Source: Chlorobiota bacterium (GTDB taxonomy: Bacteria > Bacteroidota > Ignavibacteria > OLB7). Taken from it: a stretch of DNA of 64,000 bases. The DNA lies in contig CP065014.1 in the NCBI GenBank assembly GCA_016700335.1, positions 1,221,479 to 1,285,478 of the forward strand, written 5' to 3'. Position 1 is the stretch's first letter, and each line of letters begins with the position of its first letter. This document shows, in pieces, positions 41,416-50,592 of the stretch. Below the pieces are notes generated by a model, which was not told the origin of the DNA, did no database searches, and was given only the letters and a program-made list of their open reading frames with translations. A program made the position numbers and the translations under genes.

Positions 41416-42125
41416 TTTTCGGTGGTGGATAATACTTTCGCTGCACCGGTTAGTTTATACTTGGTAATGGGGTTCAATGACTTGAAAAGTGTCTCTGTTA
41501 CTTTGCCTTGCTGCAATTGCTCTAACAGTGCACCTAATAAAGCCCTTGTAGCTGGCGGATATTTTAAAGCTAAGCGAACCAAGGTGTTGATTTCCTTTTC
41601 ATCTTGTGTTTTAATAATGGCTAAAAACCTTTTGCAGGATGCTTCTATATTGGCATCTGGTATTTTTTTTATGTAGCGAATAGCATCCAGTAACTGCAAC
41701 AAAGGAATATTCTCTTTGGTGATGGTGTTTTTTTGCTTTACAAAAGCTATCGTATAGCGTTCTCTTTTAAAATTGGGGCGAACCTGATTTTTACCTATCT
41801 GTATCGTATTGCTTACCTGTGTGGTTAAGCCCAATTGGTTGTATATGCTGTAACCCGTGAGATAGCCCGTTATTTTTCCGTTTTCTTCTAATAGGTCTTT
41901 TACTACTTGTGCCTGATTGGGTTGAAGGTTGCCAAATGGGGTATTTTCGGGTTTGTAGTATTTGCCTTTGGATAGTTTGGTAATCTTGCCCGAAATCACC
42001 ATACGATTCAGGGCTTTTATTACCGCTTCTTTTTGGTTCACCTCTGTAGTAAAGTCAGCATAGGTGAATACATAGCCCTTGGGTAGTCTGTCTATGGTAA
42101 ATGCTATGTATTCAGATATTTTCAT
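41400..42125 (-). CDS. abiEi: AbiEi-family antitoxin / transcriptional regulator (wHTH, DUF6088-like)
   Basis: LPKGYVFTYADF...GKITKLSKGKYYKPE matches the AbiEi-family N-terminal wHTH pattern, and it sits immediately upstream of and overlapping abiEii. Confidence 0.72.
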   Translation of the reverse strand: MKISEYIAFTIDRLPKGYVFTYADFTTEVNQKEAVIKALNRMVISGKITKLSKGKYYKPENTPFGNLQPNQAQVVKDLLEENGKITGYLTGYSIYNQLGLTTQVSNTIQIGKNQVRPNFKRERYTIAFVKQKNTITKENIPLLQLLDAIRYIKKIPDANIEASCKRFLAIIKTQDEKEINTLVRLALKYPPATRALLGALLEQLQQGKVTETLFKSLNPITKYKLTGAAKVLSTTEKWNII

Positions 42126-42157
42126 TCTTTTTATTGTAGTGCAAAGATAATTGATTT

Positions 42158-42186
42158 GTCCAGTTTATTAGCAAAAAAACTGGACA
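42158..42186. promoter_or_regulatory. 10-bp-arm inverted repeat (tgtccagttt N9 aaactggaca) 30-60 bp upstream of abiEi; candidate operator
   Basis: Perfect arms at 42158-42167 and 42177-42186. Confidence 0.45.
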
Positions 42187-42202
42187 TTTTGAAAATTGAT
42201 TG

Positions 42203-42245
42203 AGTGGTAGTAACTTCGCAACGCAGTTGCGAAGTTACTACCACT
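42203..42245. promoter_or_regulatory. perfect palindrome with 20-bp arms and a 3-nt centre, lying between the 3' end of the upstream nuclease-like gene and abiEi
   Basis: agtggtagtaacttcgcaac-gca-gttgcgaagttactaccact. No U tract follows on the minus strand. Confidence 0.6.
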
Positions 42246-42269
42246 GAAAGTTTTGATATTTTGGATAGA

Positions 42270-43436
42270 TTAAAAAGGTAAATCATCATCTAATTCTAAC
42301 GGTTCAGTTATTACGTTTACTTGTTTTGCACCCTCAACAATAAATTTGGCTCTTTCAAAAAGTTCGTCAAATGTTAATATTTCAACATTTCTGCTGTCCC
42401 TTCTGAATAGCTCCAAAGTTTTCTTTTTTATCTCTTTTTCTAATGTATTGCTGGAATTTTCAAGTTCCTTCCAATCTCCAATTATTAAAATAACTTTTGA
42501 ATCGTGTGCTTTTTGCGTTAACGGTTCTCCGTTGATGTATTGCGGACTATCTAAACGAATTAATCCCGAAGCTTTATGTTCTAGTATTTGAGAAACAGAT
42601 TCAATCAAGTCGTTTGAAAGTTTCCAAGAGTTGGAGCGGTTTCCCTTGTTCGCAAACAAAAGGGTAGAAGGTTTCTTTAATTCAACAAAGGTTGTAAAGA
42701 AGTTATCACCCAATAGATAATCTCCAATTACGGTATTTGAGCCGTCTAACTCTGCATAAGAAAGATGAACTTCTCTTTGCAGAATTTCTTGATAGCGATA
42801 ATCTAAACCATAGCCAAAAATCCACTGATTTTTTTCAAAAAAGTATTGCCAAACTTTTTCTTCACTGTGTTTTTTCAAGCCGTTTGCTTCGGCATAGGTT
42901 TTCCAATATTCCGAATTGTTTTTTAAGTCTGAAAATATTTGAAGTCCTCGTTTTCTAAATGCTGTGTTTACAATATCCTTTGATGAAATGATACCTTCAT
43001 TTATCAAAGCTTCAACTAATTCAGCACCGCCTTTTTTTGATAATAATGTTTTAACGGAACGTATAGAATCTGCATCTAATTCTTGGTCTTCTATAATTTT
43101 CAGACGCTTTTCAGTAATTCCTTTTAAATCAATTTCGCTTATGAAAGAAAGGAATGCTTTTAATTGAGCAAAGTTGAATTTACTCAATTTGATTCTTTCA
43201 GTTTCTTTGTTGTGAACTACTTTGATTAACTCAAATCCTTCAATATCATTTTGGTCTGTTATGTAAACGACTTTCAACATCGTTCTTGGAGCAAATTTTA
43301 AAACAGCACCTTTTTCATCTTCGTGTACCACTTGAAAGAATCGCCCTGCTTCAAACTCGTGCCAGTATAAACGATTGGGTTTGTAGTTTGAAATTATCTC
43401 TTCTTCCGAAGTTGTATTTTGGGAAATCCGGCTCAT
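42270..43436 (-). CDS. candidate PD-(D/E)xK nuclease-fold protein, Shedu/DUF4263-like, nested in the type I RM operon (388 aa)
   Basis: C-terminal half: ...WIFGYGLDYRYQ...VIGDYLLGDNFFTTFVELKKPSTLLF...KVILIIGDW shows a D...D-x(n)-E-L-K arrangement consistent with a restriction-endonuclease-like core. There are no ATPase motifs, and the N-terminal roughly 200 aa are unassigned. Confidence 0.45.
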   Translation of the reverse strand: MSRISQNTTSEEEIISNYKPNRLYWHEFEAGRFFQVVHEDEKGAVLKFAPRTMLKVVYITDQNDIEGFELIKVVHNKETERIKLSKFNFAQLKAFLSFISEIDLKGITEKRLKIIEDQELDADSIRSVKTLLSKKGGAELVEALINEGIISSKDIVNTAFRKRGLQIFSDLKNNSEYWKTYAEANGLKKHSEEKVWQYFFEKNQWIFGYGLDYRYQEILQREVHLSYAELDGSNTVIGDYLLGDNFFTTFVELKKPSTLLFANKGNRSNSWKLSNDLIESVSQILEHKASGLIRLDSPQYINGEPLTQKAHDSKVILIIGDWKELENSSNTLEKEIKKKTLELFRRDSRNVEILTFDELFERAKFIVEGAKQVNVITEPLELDDDLPF

Positions 43437-43441
43437 AGTTT

Positions 43442-44531
43442 TTAATTTTCTATTGTCGCTAATTTGGAAAGTAGTAAATCTTTCAGTTCCGTTAGCTTTT
43501 GGGTTTCTAATTGCTTGAAGTTGATTTGCGTGAAAATTTTCTTGGCTAAGAAATCAAAATTAAAAGCCATTTCATCATTTGGAAGAACAGTCTCAATTTC
43601 ATAGAGCATATCATATGAAACAAATGGTTGTGAACTCCCTCTTGTGTTTGACATCAAATCTTTTGATAATAATGTCAAGTATGAGAACCATTTCAAACTT
43701 TCATGTTTTGCTAAACATTTAACACCATTGTAGGTCACGAAGTGTTTTCCAAATGCAAAAACAACCTTTCCGCAATATTCTCCCATGTGACCTATAACTG
43801 GTGCGTCTTCACTATTATATTCATCATAACCACCAATTACACCACCAGCTCCATAAATTGAAAACTGACCACCATTGTTAGGATTGGTATTCCCAATTCC
43901 ATATTGGAATTTGTATAAATCCTCAAGTGTTCCTTTTCTCCACCCCTCAGGCAAATTCTCCAAATCAATTCCCTCCACAAACCATTGCTTATAAATAGCC
44001 TGTGCGGTTTCTTCTAGCTTTTGTATCAGTTGCTGGTTTAGGGCTATGCGGTTTTGGATAACATTGTATTCTTTTACTATTTCTTTTTGTTTGTCAAGGT
44101 GCGGAATGGGTATTTGCATATCACAAAAGGATTTCCAAGGTAAACCACCTCTTACATCTGCATCGGTATAAAACCAAGCATTACGGTCAAACTCTCGTAC
44201 GAGTAAACCACATCATCAAAAATTCAGGATTAAGAATTTCGGTGTCTTTGATTTCAAATACATCATAAGCAGGTGAAACCATAAATTCTTCATCAGATTT
44301 TGACATCGAAATTGGCAAACGGTAATCTCTACCTACGTGCATTCTATTGCAAGCAAATTGATTTTTTCTTACGAGCTTGTAAACAGATAAATCAGTTCCG
44401 ACAATATTAGCAACTGAAGGCATAAAGAATTTATCAATATTAATTCCTAAAAGCTGTTCCGCTTTTTCTTCTGAGTTGCGAATTTTCAATTCCTGTATGT
44501 AATCGCCTAAGCGGCTATAATTTGATTTCAT
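43442..44531 (-). pseudogene. hsdS: type I RM specificity subunit HsdS, split by a frameshift within the first target-recognition domain
   Basis: ORF 44187..44531 carries the N-terminal TRD. ORF 43442..44119 carries the end of that TRD (IPIPHLDKQKEIV), the central conserved region, TRD2 and the C-terminal conserved region. The ORF2 frame stays open up to 44212, so the shift lies at about 44190-44215. Confidence 0.7.
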
Positions 44532-46065
44532 AACCCAAATCTTTAAACACGGTTAGTAAATCATTTTTTGAAGCTGCTTCGGCTTTCAGCAAATCCGCGA
44601 ATTCGTTTTTCAGTGTTTGCATTTTTTCATCAAAATCTATTTTCTCATCACGGTTTACAAATTCAATGTATTTGCTCGGCACGAGTGAAAAATCTTTTTT
44701 TACTACTTCTTCCAAAGTTGCAGAATAGCAGAACTCGGGAATGTTTTCAATTTCATTGCATTGCCATTGGTGGTAAGAGCCTGTAATCTTGATTATATCT
44801 TCTTCTGAAAACTGAATATATTTTTTCTCAAACGGAATTCCTATTTGTCGTAAATCCATAAATAGAATTTCCTTTTCTCTATTTCGGTAATTGCGGGTTT
44901 CATCACCAATTATTCTTGTATGAGCTTTTTTATTCTTATTCAAAATCCAAAGCGTTACACTAATGTTGGTGGTATAAAACATATCTTGTGGTAATACCAA
45001 AATCGATTCAACCAAATTATTTTCAATCAGCTTTTTGCGTATTTTATATTCTTCGCCACCACCACTCAATGCACCATTTGCCAATATAAAACCAGCAATT
45101 CCGTTTTCGGAAAGTTTGGAAACCATATTCAAAATCCAACCATAGTTGGCGTTGCTTTTTGGTGGCACATCATAACCTCTCCAACGTGGGTCGTCAATCA
45201 ATTCATTTTCGCCTCGCCAGTCTTTTTGGTTAAAAGGTGGGTTTGCCATTATGTAATCGGCTTTCAAGTCTTTGTGTTGGTCGTCCGCAAATGTGTCGGC
45301 ATCTTTTTCACCAAGGTTTGCAGAAATACCTCTTATGGCAAGGTTCATCTTTGCAAGTTTGTATGTTGTTTTGGTGTATTCCTGTCCGTAAATAGAAACT
45401 TCTTTTTGGTTTCCGTGGTGTGCTTCAATAAACTTAATGGATTGAACAAACATACCTCCCGAACCACAAGCAGGGTCATAGATAATTCCTTTGTATGGCT
45501 CAATCATTTCTGAAATAAGGCTTACAATTGTCTTTGGCGTATAGAATTCTCCTTTGCCTTTTCCTTCTGCAATCGCAAACTTTTTCAAGAAGTATTCATA
45601 CACACGCCCAACCAAATCTTGTCCTTTGTCTTTGAGTGTATTGATGCTGTCAATTTCGCTAATCAAAGAAGCCAGTTTGGTAATGTCTAAACCCAAACGA
45701 GAAAAGTAATTATCGGGCAATGCACCTTTCAAAGCTTTGTTGTCTTTTTCAATAGTATGCAAGGCTGTATCAATTATTAAAGCAATATCATTTTGTCTTG
45801 CCTTTTTAACAATGTAGCTCCAACGTGAAATTTCTTCCAAGAAAAACACATTGCTCATATTGTAGAACTCAGGCTTCTCAATATACTTTTCTTTGCCTTC
45901 GGCAATCAATTTGGTTCGGTGTTCTTCAAACTTGTCGCTTGCAAACTTTAAGAATACAAGTCCTAATACAACGTGTTTATATTCGGCTGGCTCAACGCTT
46001 CCTCTCAATTTATTTGCAGCTTCCCAAAGGGTAACTTCAATTGCTTTTTCTTTTACCTTAAACAT
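44515..46065 (-). CDS. hsdM: type I RM DNA methyltransferase subunit (N6-adenine)
   Basis: The N-terminal HsdM domain, an AdoMet motif DPACGSGGMFV, and the catalytic NPPF (IMANPPFNQKDW). The 3' end overlaps hsdS by 17 bp. Confidence 0.92.
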   Translation of the reverse strand: MFKVKEKAIEVTLWEAANKLRGSVEPAEYKHVVLGLVFLKFASDKFEEHRTKLIAEGKEKYIEKPEFYNMSNVFFLEEISRWSYIVKKARQNDIALIIDTALHTIEKDNKALKGALPDNYFSRLGLDITKLASLISEIDSINTLKDKGQDLVGRVYEYFLKKFAIAEGKGKGEFYTPKTIVSLISEMIEPYKGIIYDPACGSGGMFVQSIKFIEAHHGNQKEVSIYGQEYTKTTYKLAKMNLAIRGISANLGEKDADTFADDQHKDLKADYIMANPPFNQKDWRGENELIDDPRWRGYDVPPKSNANYGWILNMVSKLSENGIAGFILANGALSGGGEEYKIRKKLIENNLVESILVLPQDMFYTTNISVTLWILNKNKKAHTRIIGDETRNYRNREKEILFMDLRQIGIPFEKKYIQFSEEDIIKITGSYHQWQCNEIENIPEFCYSATLEEVVKKDFSLVPSKYIEFVNRDEKIDFDEKMQTLKNEFADLLKAEAASKNDLLTVFKDLGYEIKL

Positions 46066-46431
46066 ACCAAAGTTGGTTGGATTTGTCTGGTTTTGTTGTT
46101 CATGGAGTTGAGATTTATTATTTGATTTTGTTAAATGTAGGTTGAATCGTCTGCAACACTTTCAGTTAACATACAAAAATACACTTATAATTCATATTAA
46201 TTAAAATCTAGAATATAATTATTATCTCAAGTAATTACATTGTTTGCATCAACTCTTGAATGATATTTTTTTACTAGTAAAATGTAAAATAATTACCTAA
46301 CCTTTAATTATATTTTTATCAATGTTTTACACTTTTTATCTTCAACAATTTTAGAACAATTAGTTTAAATGTTATTGTATGTGTTTAACTTATTTAAAAA
46401 CTTATATTTGTAAAAATATTTACAACACAAA

Positions 46432-47448
46432 ATGGGATTTTTTGATAAAATAAAGAAAGGAGTAATTGATGCAGTTGAAGAAACCAAGGTTTCATTAAAA
46501 GAAACAATTGATGCACTTAGATCAGATAGGTTAAAAGAAGGACTTGCAAAAACAAGGGAGGGAATTTTTGAAAAACTGAATTTAGTTTTAGGTACAAATA
46601 GAATAATAGATGATAAAGTTTTAGATGAAATTGAAGAGGCTTTATTGTTAGCTGATGTAGGAGTACCGACAACAATAAAAATTAGTGATCAAGTAAGATT
46701 TAGGTGTAGAAATGAAGGAATTACTGATACTGATGGATTATCAATTTTACTTCAAGAAGAAATTACGAATGCTTTAATCAAATCACCATCAGCGAATAAT
46801 GATAAATTATTTGTAATACCAAATGAAAAAAAGCCACTAGTTATAATTGTTGTTGGAGTAAATGGAGTAGGTAAAACAACAACAATTGGCAAGTTGGCAT
46901 TTAATTATAAAAATGCTGGTCATAAAGTTATAATTGGTGCTGCTGATACTTTTAGAGCAGCTGCTAATGAACAGTTAGAGGTTTGGGCTAATAGGGCTGG
47001 TGTTGATATAGTTGGTCAAGGTCAAGGGGCTGACCCTGCTGCCGTTGCTTACGATACAGTTAAAGCTGCAATTTCAAGGGGAAGTGATGTAGTTATAATT
47101 GATACTGCTGGTAGGCTTCATAACAAAACAAACTTGATGGATGAGTTAAAGAAAATTAATAGGGTGATAAAGAAATTAAAATCTGAAGCACCTGATGAAG
47201 TATTCTTAGTTTTAGACGCAACAACTGGCCAAAATGCAATTCAACAAGCAAAAGAATTTATGCTTGCAACTGTTGTTACAGGGTTAGTGTTAACAAAACT
47301 TGATGGAACTGCTAAAGGAGGTGTTGTAATTGCAATTGCAGATACTTTGTCAATACCTGTCAGATATATTGGAGTAGGTGAGAAGATTGAAGATTTGCAA
47401 CCATTTTCTGCTAAAGAATATGCTGCAGCTTTATTTGAAAAAAAATGA
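46432..47448 (+). CDS. ftsY: signal recognition particle receptor FtsY (short form)
   Basis: NG domain with GVNGVGKTTTIGKLA, DTAGR and TKLDGTAKGG. Confidence 0.92.
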   Translation: MGFFDKIKKGVIDAVEETKVSLKETIDALRSDRLKEGLAKTREGIFEKLNLVLGTNRIIDDKVLDEIEEALLLADVGVPTTIKISDQVRFRCRNEGITDTDGLSILLQEEITNALIKSPSANNDKLFVIPNEKKPLVIIVVGVNGVGKTTTIGKLAFNYKNAGHKVIIGAADTFRAAANEQLEVWANRAGVDIVGQGQGADPAAVAYDTVKAAISRGSDVVIIDTAGRLHNKTNLMDELKKINRVIKKLKSEAPDEVFLVLDATTGQNAIQQAKEFMLATVVTGLVLTKLDGTAKGGVVIAIADTLSIPVRYIGVGEKIEDLQPFSAKEYAAALFEKK

Positions 47449-47475
47449 TTTATTTCATAAAGTTTTTAATTTATT

Positions 47476-47823
47476 TTAAAAATCCATCCACAATGGAGTT
47501 TCATTATCTGGTAACTCTAAAAGTACTTTTTCCCCCTCAATTATTGTTTTATATGTTTTTATGGCAGCTACACCCCCAACAACCTTGCCATCTTCTAGGT
47601 TAAAAGTCCAGTTATGAAGAGGGCAAGTAACACAATTATCTTCATCAACAAAACCATCTGAAATTACATGAGCATGTTGATGAGGGCATATATTTGACAA
47701 TGAAAAAATTCCTTTTTCAGTTTTAAAAATCGCAATTTCTAAATCTAATTCTTCAACAACAATTTTTTTTCCTCGTCTATTTTTTAAATCACTAATCAAA
47801 CAAACTTCTTTAATTATTCCCAT
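47476..47823 (-). CDS. Rieske [2Fe-2S] domain protein (NirD-like small ferredoxin)
   Basis: CPHQHA...CVTCPLHNWTF Rieske ligand boxes. Confidence 0.8.
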   Translation of the reverse strand: MGIIKEVCLISDLKNRRGKKIVVEELDLEIAIFKTEKGIFSLSNICPHQHAHVISDGFVDEDNCVTCPLHNWTFNLEDGKVVGGVAAIKTYKTIIEGEKVLLELPDNETPLWMDF

Positions 47824-47905
47824 TTATATTTAAAATTTCATTTATAATTTATTACATAGAAAATTAAATTCTTATACAAATTTACAATATTGCAAATTGA
47901 CTCGA

Positions 47906-48901
47906 TTATGCAAAACCCATACAAGATCTAACATTAAGTATTTTTTTATGAGCAATTTCACTTGCCTTTTCAGCACCAAATTTTCTTAGTTTTTCAAGTT
48001 CAGATTTATCATTAATAATCAAATTAAATTTTTCCTTAATAGGTTTAAATTCCTTAATAACTAACTCTGCAACAGCTATTTTTAAATCACCATAACCTCT
48101 TGCTTTTGAAAAATAATTAATAGTTTCATTTTTGTCTAAACCTGAAATTGAACTAAAAATTTGTAATAAGTTATTTACTCCAGCTCTATCTTTATCATCT
48201 GAAAATAATATTTCATTAAAAGAATCAGTTTGTGCTCTTTTAAATGTTGTTAATATTTCATCTTCAGATTGAAGTAAGGTTATTGAATGCCCTTTAACAT
48301 GTTCGTTACTCTTCGACATTTTATTTAACGGATTATCTAAACCCATAATTCTAGCACCGTTGGTTGCAATTATTGGTTTTGGAATAACAAATGTTTCACC
48401 AAAAATGTGATTAAATCTTTCAGCAATATTCCTAGTTAATTCTACATGTTGCTTTTGGTCATCACCTACTGGGACTTCGTCAGTATCATAGAGCAAAATG
48501 TCTGCAGCCATTAAAACTGGGTAATCTAGTAAACCAGTATCAATTGATTCTTGTTTAATTGATTTGTCTTTAAACTGAGTCATTTTATTTAACCAGCCTA
48601 AAGGAGTTATGCAATTTAAATACCAACATAATTCTGAATGTTCTTTTACATCACTTTGAACGAAAATATTAGAATCATTTGCGTTTAATCCACAAGCTAA
48701 CAATAAAGCAAAAGTCTCTGTAATTTTATCTCTTAAAACTTTTGGATCTTGTCTAACAGTAATTGCATGCAAATCAACAACACAATAAATATTTTCTTTA
48801 TTTTTATCTTTCTGTAATTCAACCCACCTTTTTACAGCACCAATGTAATTACCAAGTTGAGCGTTTCCAGTAGGTTGGATGCCACTAAATACTCTTGTCA
48901 T
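47906..48901 (-). CDS. trpS: tryptophan--tRNA ligase
   Basis: Class I motifs: the HIGH-like region GIQPTGNAQLGNY and KMSKS. Confidence 0.9.
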   Translation of the reverse strand: MTRVFSGIQPTGNAQLGNYIGAVKRWVELQKDKNKENIYCVVDLHAITVRQDPKVLRDKITETFALLLACGLNANDSNIFVQSDVKEHSELCWYLNCITPLGWLNKMTQFKDKSIKQESIDTGLLDYPVLMAADILLYDTDEVPVGDDQKQHVELTRNIAERFNHIFGETFVIPKPIIATNGARIMGLDNPLNKMSKSNEHVKGHSITLLQSEDEILTTFKRAQTDSFNEILFSDDKDRAGVNNLLQIFSSISGLDKNETINYFSKARGYGDLKIAVAELVIKEFKPIKEKFNLIINDKSELEKLRKFGAEKASEIAHKKILNVRSCMGFA

Positions 48902-48946
48902 AATAATATTTTAAAAAATCATAAATTAATAAATTAAAAAAACTAA

Positions 48947-49675
48947 TTATCCCCCTAAACCAAAAAAAACTTTTAAAAATTCGATAGAACTTTTTTGGGC
49001 TTCTAATTTAGTACCTTCAAACTCAATTTTTCCATAATCAATAAATGCAACTCTGTCTGCTACAATATCCAAACAGTAAGGATCATGAGTTACAACAATA
49101 CTAGTTATGTTAAATTTGTTTTGCAATTCAATTATTAACTCTGCAATTTCTTTAGTTGTTAATGGATCTAACCCTGTAGTTGGTTCATCATAAAGCAAAT
49201 ATGCAGGTTCAGTAATTATTGTTCTAGCAACACCAATTCTTTTTCTCTGTCCTCCAGAAAGTTCACTTGGCATTGTGTTAATTTTATCTGGTAAGCCAAC
49301 TTGTTCTAAATAATATCCTACTTTATCTTTTATCTCAGCTCTATTTAAACCTTTGGTTTTCTCTAATGGAAATGCTAAATTTTCGCCAACGGTTAATGAA
49401 TCATACAATGCTCCACTTTGAAAAACATATCCAACTTTTTTTCTAATTTCATTTAGCACATTTAGTTTTGCATTCACAACTTCGGTATCTTCAACCAAAA
49501 TACTACCATATTCAGGAAGAATTAAACCAACAATACATTTTAACAGAACACTTTTACCAGAACCTGACTTGCCAAGCAAAACTAGAGTCTCACTTAAATT
49601 GACATTTAAGTTAACTCCTTGAAGTGGTTTTATAGAATCTGAAAATGACTTATAAATATCTTTGATTAAGATCAT
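48947..49675 (-). CDS. mlaF: ABC transporter ATP-binding protein, MlaF-like
   Basis: Walker A GKSGSGKS, signature LSGGQRKRIGVAR, Walker B LLYDEPTTGLD. It lies immediately downstream of the MlaE-like permease. Confidence 0.8.
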   Translation of the reverse strand: MILIKDIYKSFSDSIKPLQGVNLNVNLSETLVLLGKSGSGKSVLLKCIVGLILPEYGSILVEDTEVVNAKLNVLNEIRKKVGYVFQSGALYDSLTVGENLAFPLEKTKGLNRAEIKDKVGYYLEQVGLPDKINTMPSELSGGQRKRIGVARTIITEPAYLLYDEPTTGLDPLTTKEIAELIIELQNKFNITSIVVTHDPYCLDIVADRVAFIDYGKIEFEGTKLEAQKSSIEFLKVFFGLGG

Positions 49676-49741
49676 TAATTAAAAAAAGTACAATAAAATG
49701 TTTAAAAAATATTTGATGAATATAAATTCAAAATTTAGAAA

Positions 49742-50506
49742 CTAAGGAACTGCAATAAAAGTAACAGTAAGCTGAACTAAAATCATATCTAATAAAATAA
49801 TCCAAAGTGAGCTAACAACAACAGCAGAAGTTGTAGTTTTACCTACGCCTTCAGTACCTCCTTTGGTATTAAATCCTTTATAACATCCAATTATTCCAAT
49901 TGCCATTCCAAAAAAAACAGTTTTAAATATACCAGGTAAAGCATCTTCAAAATATAATGATGAAAGAACTTGTGAGTAATAGTATCTTAAAGAAACTCTA
50001 GTATTAATTAACTCCGCTACATATCCACCGTATATAGCTACAAAATCTGATAATGTAGTTAAGATTGGCATTAAAATTATCAACGCAATTATTCTAGTTT
50101 TTACAAGGTAATTAAATGGATCAACGCCAGAGCATTCCATAGCTTCAATTTGCTCTGTTACTTTCATTGAGCCGAGTTCAGCACCTATTCCAGAAGCAAC
50201 TCTACCTGCAACCATCAATGCAGTTATAACAGGACCTAATTCGCGTGTAAATGATCTAGTTACCATTGATGCAACCAATTCTCCAGCACCGAATTTCTGC
50301 ATTGTTGGTCTTGATTGTAATGCTAAAATAAATCCCAAAATGAAATTTGCAGTTAATGCAAGTTGCATTGACTTAGATCCCAAATCATCTAAGTGTTTTA
50401 AAATTTGACCTAGTTCTAATGGAGGTTTAAACAAAGTTGCAAAAAACCTTATTGTGAACTTAACATATTCACCAAATAATCCGATAATATTTAAAAACTT
50501 TTTCAT
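49742..50506 (-). CDS. mlaE: ABC transporter permease, MlaE-like
   Basis: A roughly 250-aa polytopic permease with MlaE-family topology, upstream of the ATPase. Confidence 0.75.
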   Translation of the reverse strand: MKKFLNIIGLFGEYVKFTIRFFATLFKPPLELGQILKHLDDLGSKSMQLALTANFILGFILALQSRPTMQKFGAGELVASMVTRSFTRELGPVITALMVAGRVASGIGAELGSMKVTEQIEAMECSGVDPFNYLVKTRIIALIILMPILTTLSDFVAIYGGYVAELINTRVSLRYYYSQVLSSLYFEDALPGIFKTVFFGMAIGIIGCYKGFNTKGGTEGVGKTTTSAVVVSSLWIILLDMILVQLTVTFIAVP

Positions 50507-50592
50507 AGATTTTTAAAGAGAATAATCTCTGCATTTTTTAGTATGGTACAAGGGTGTTATATTGCCAAATATTTTGAATCAATTTTAATTAC

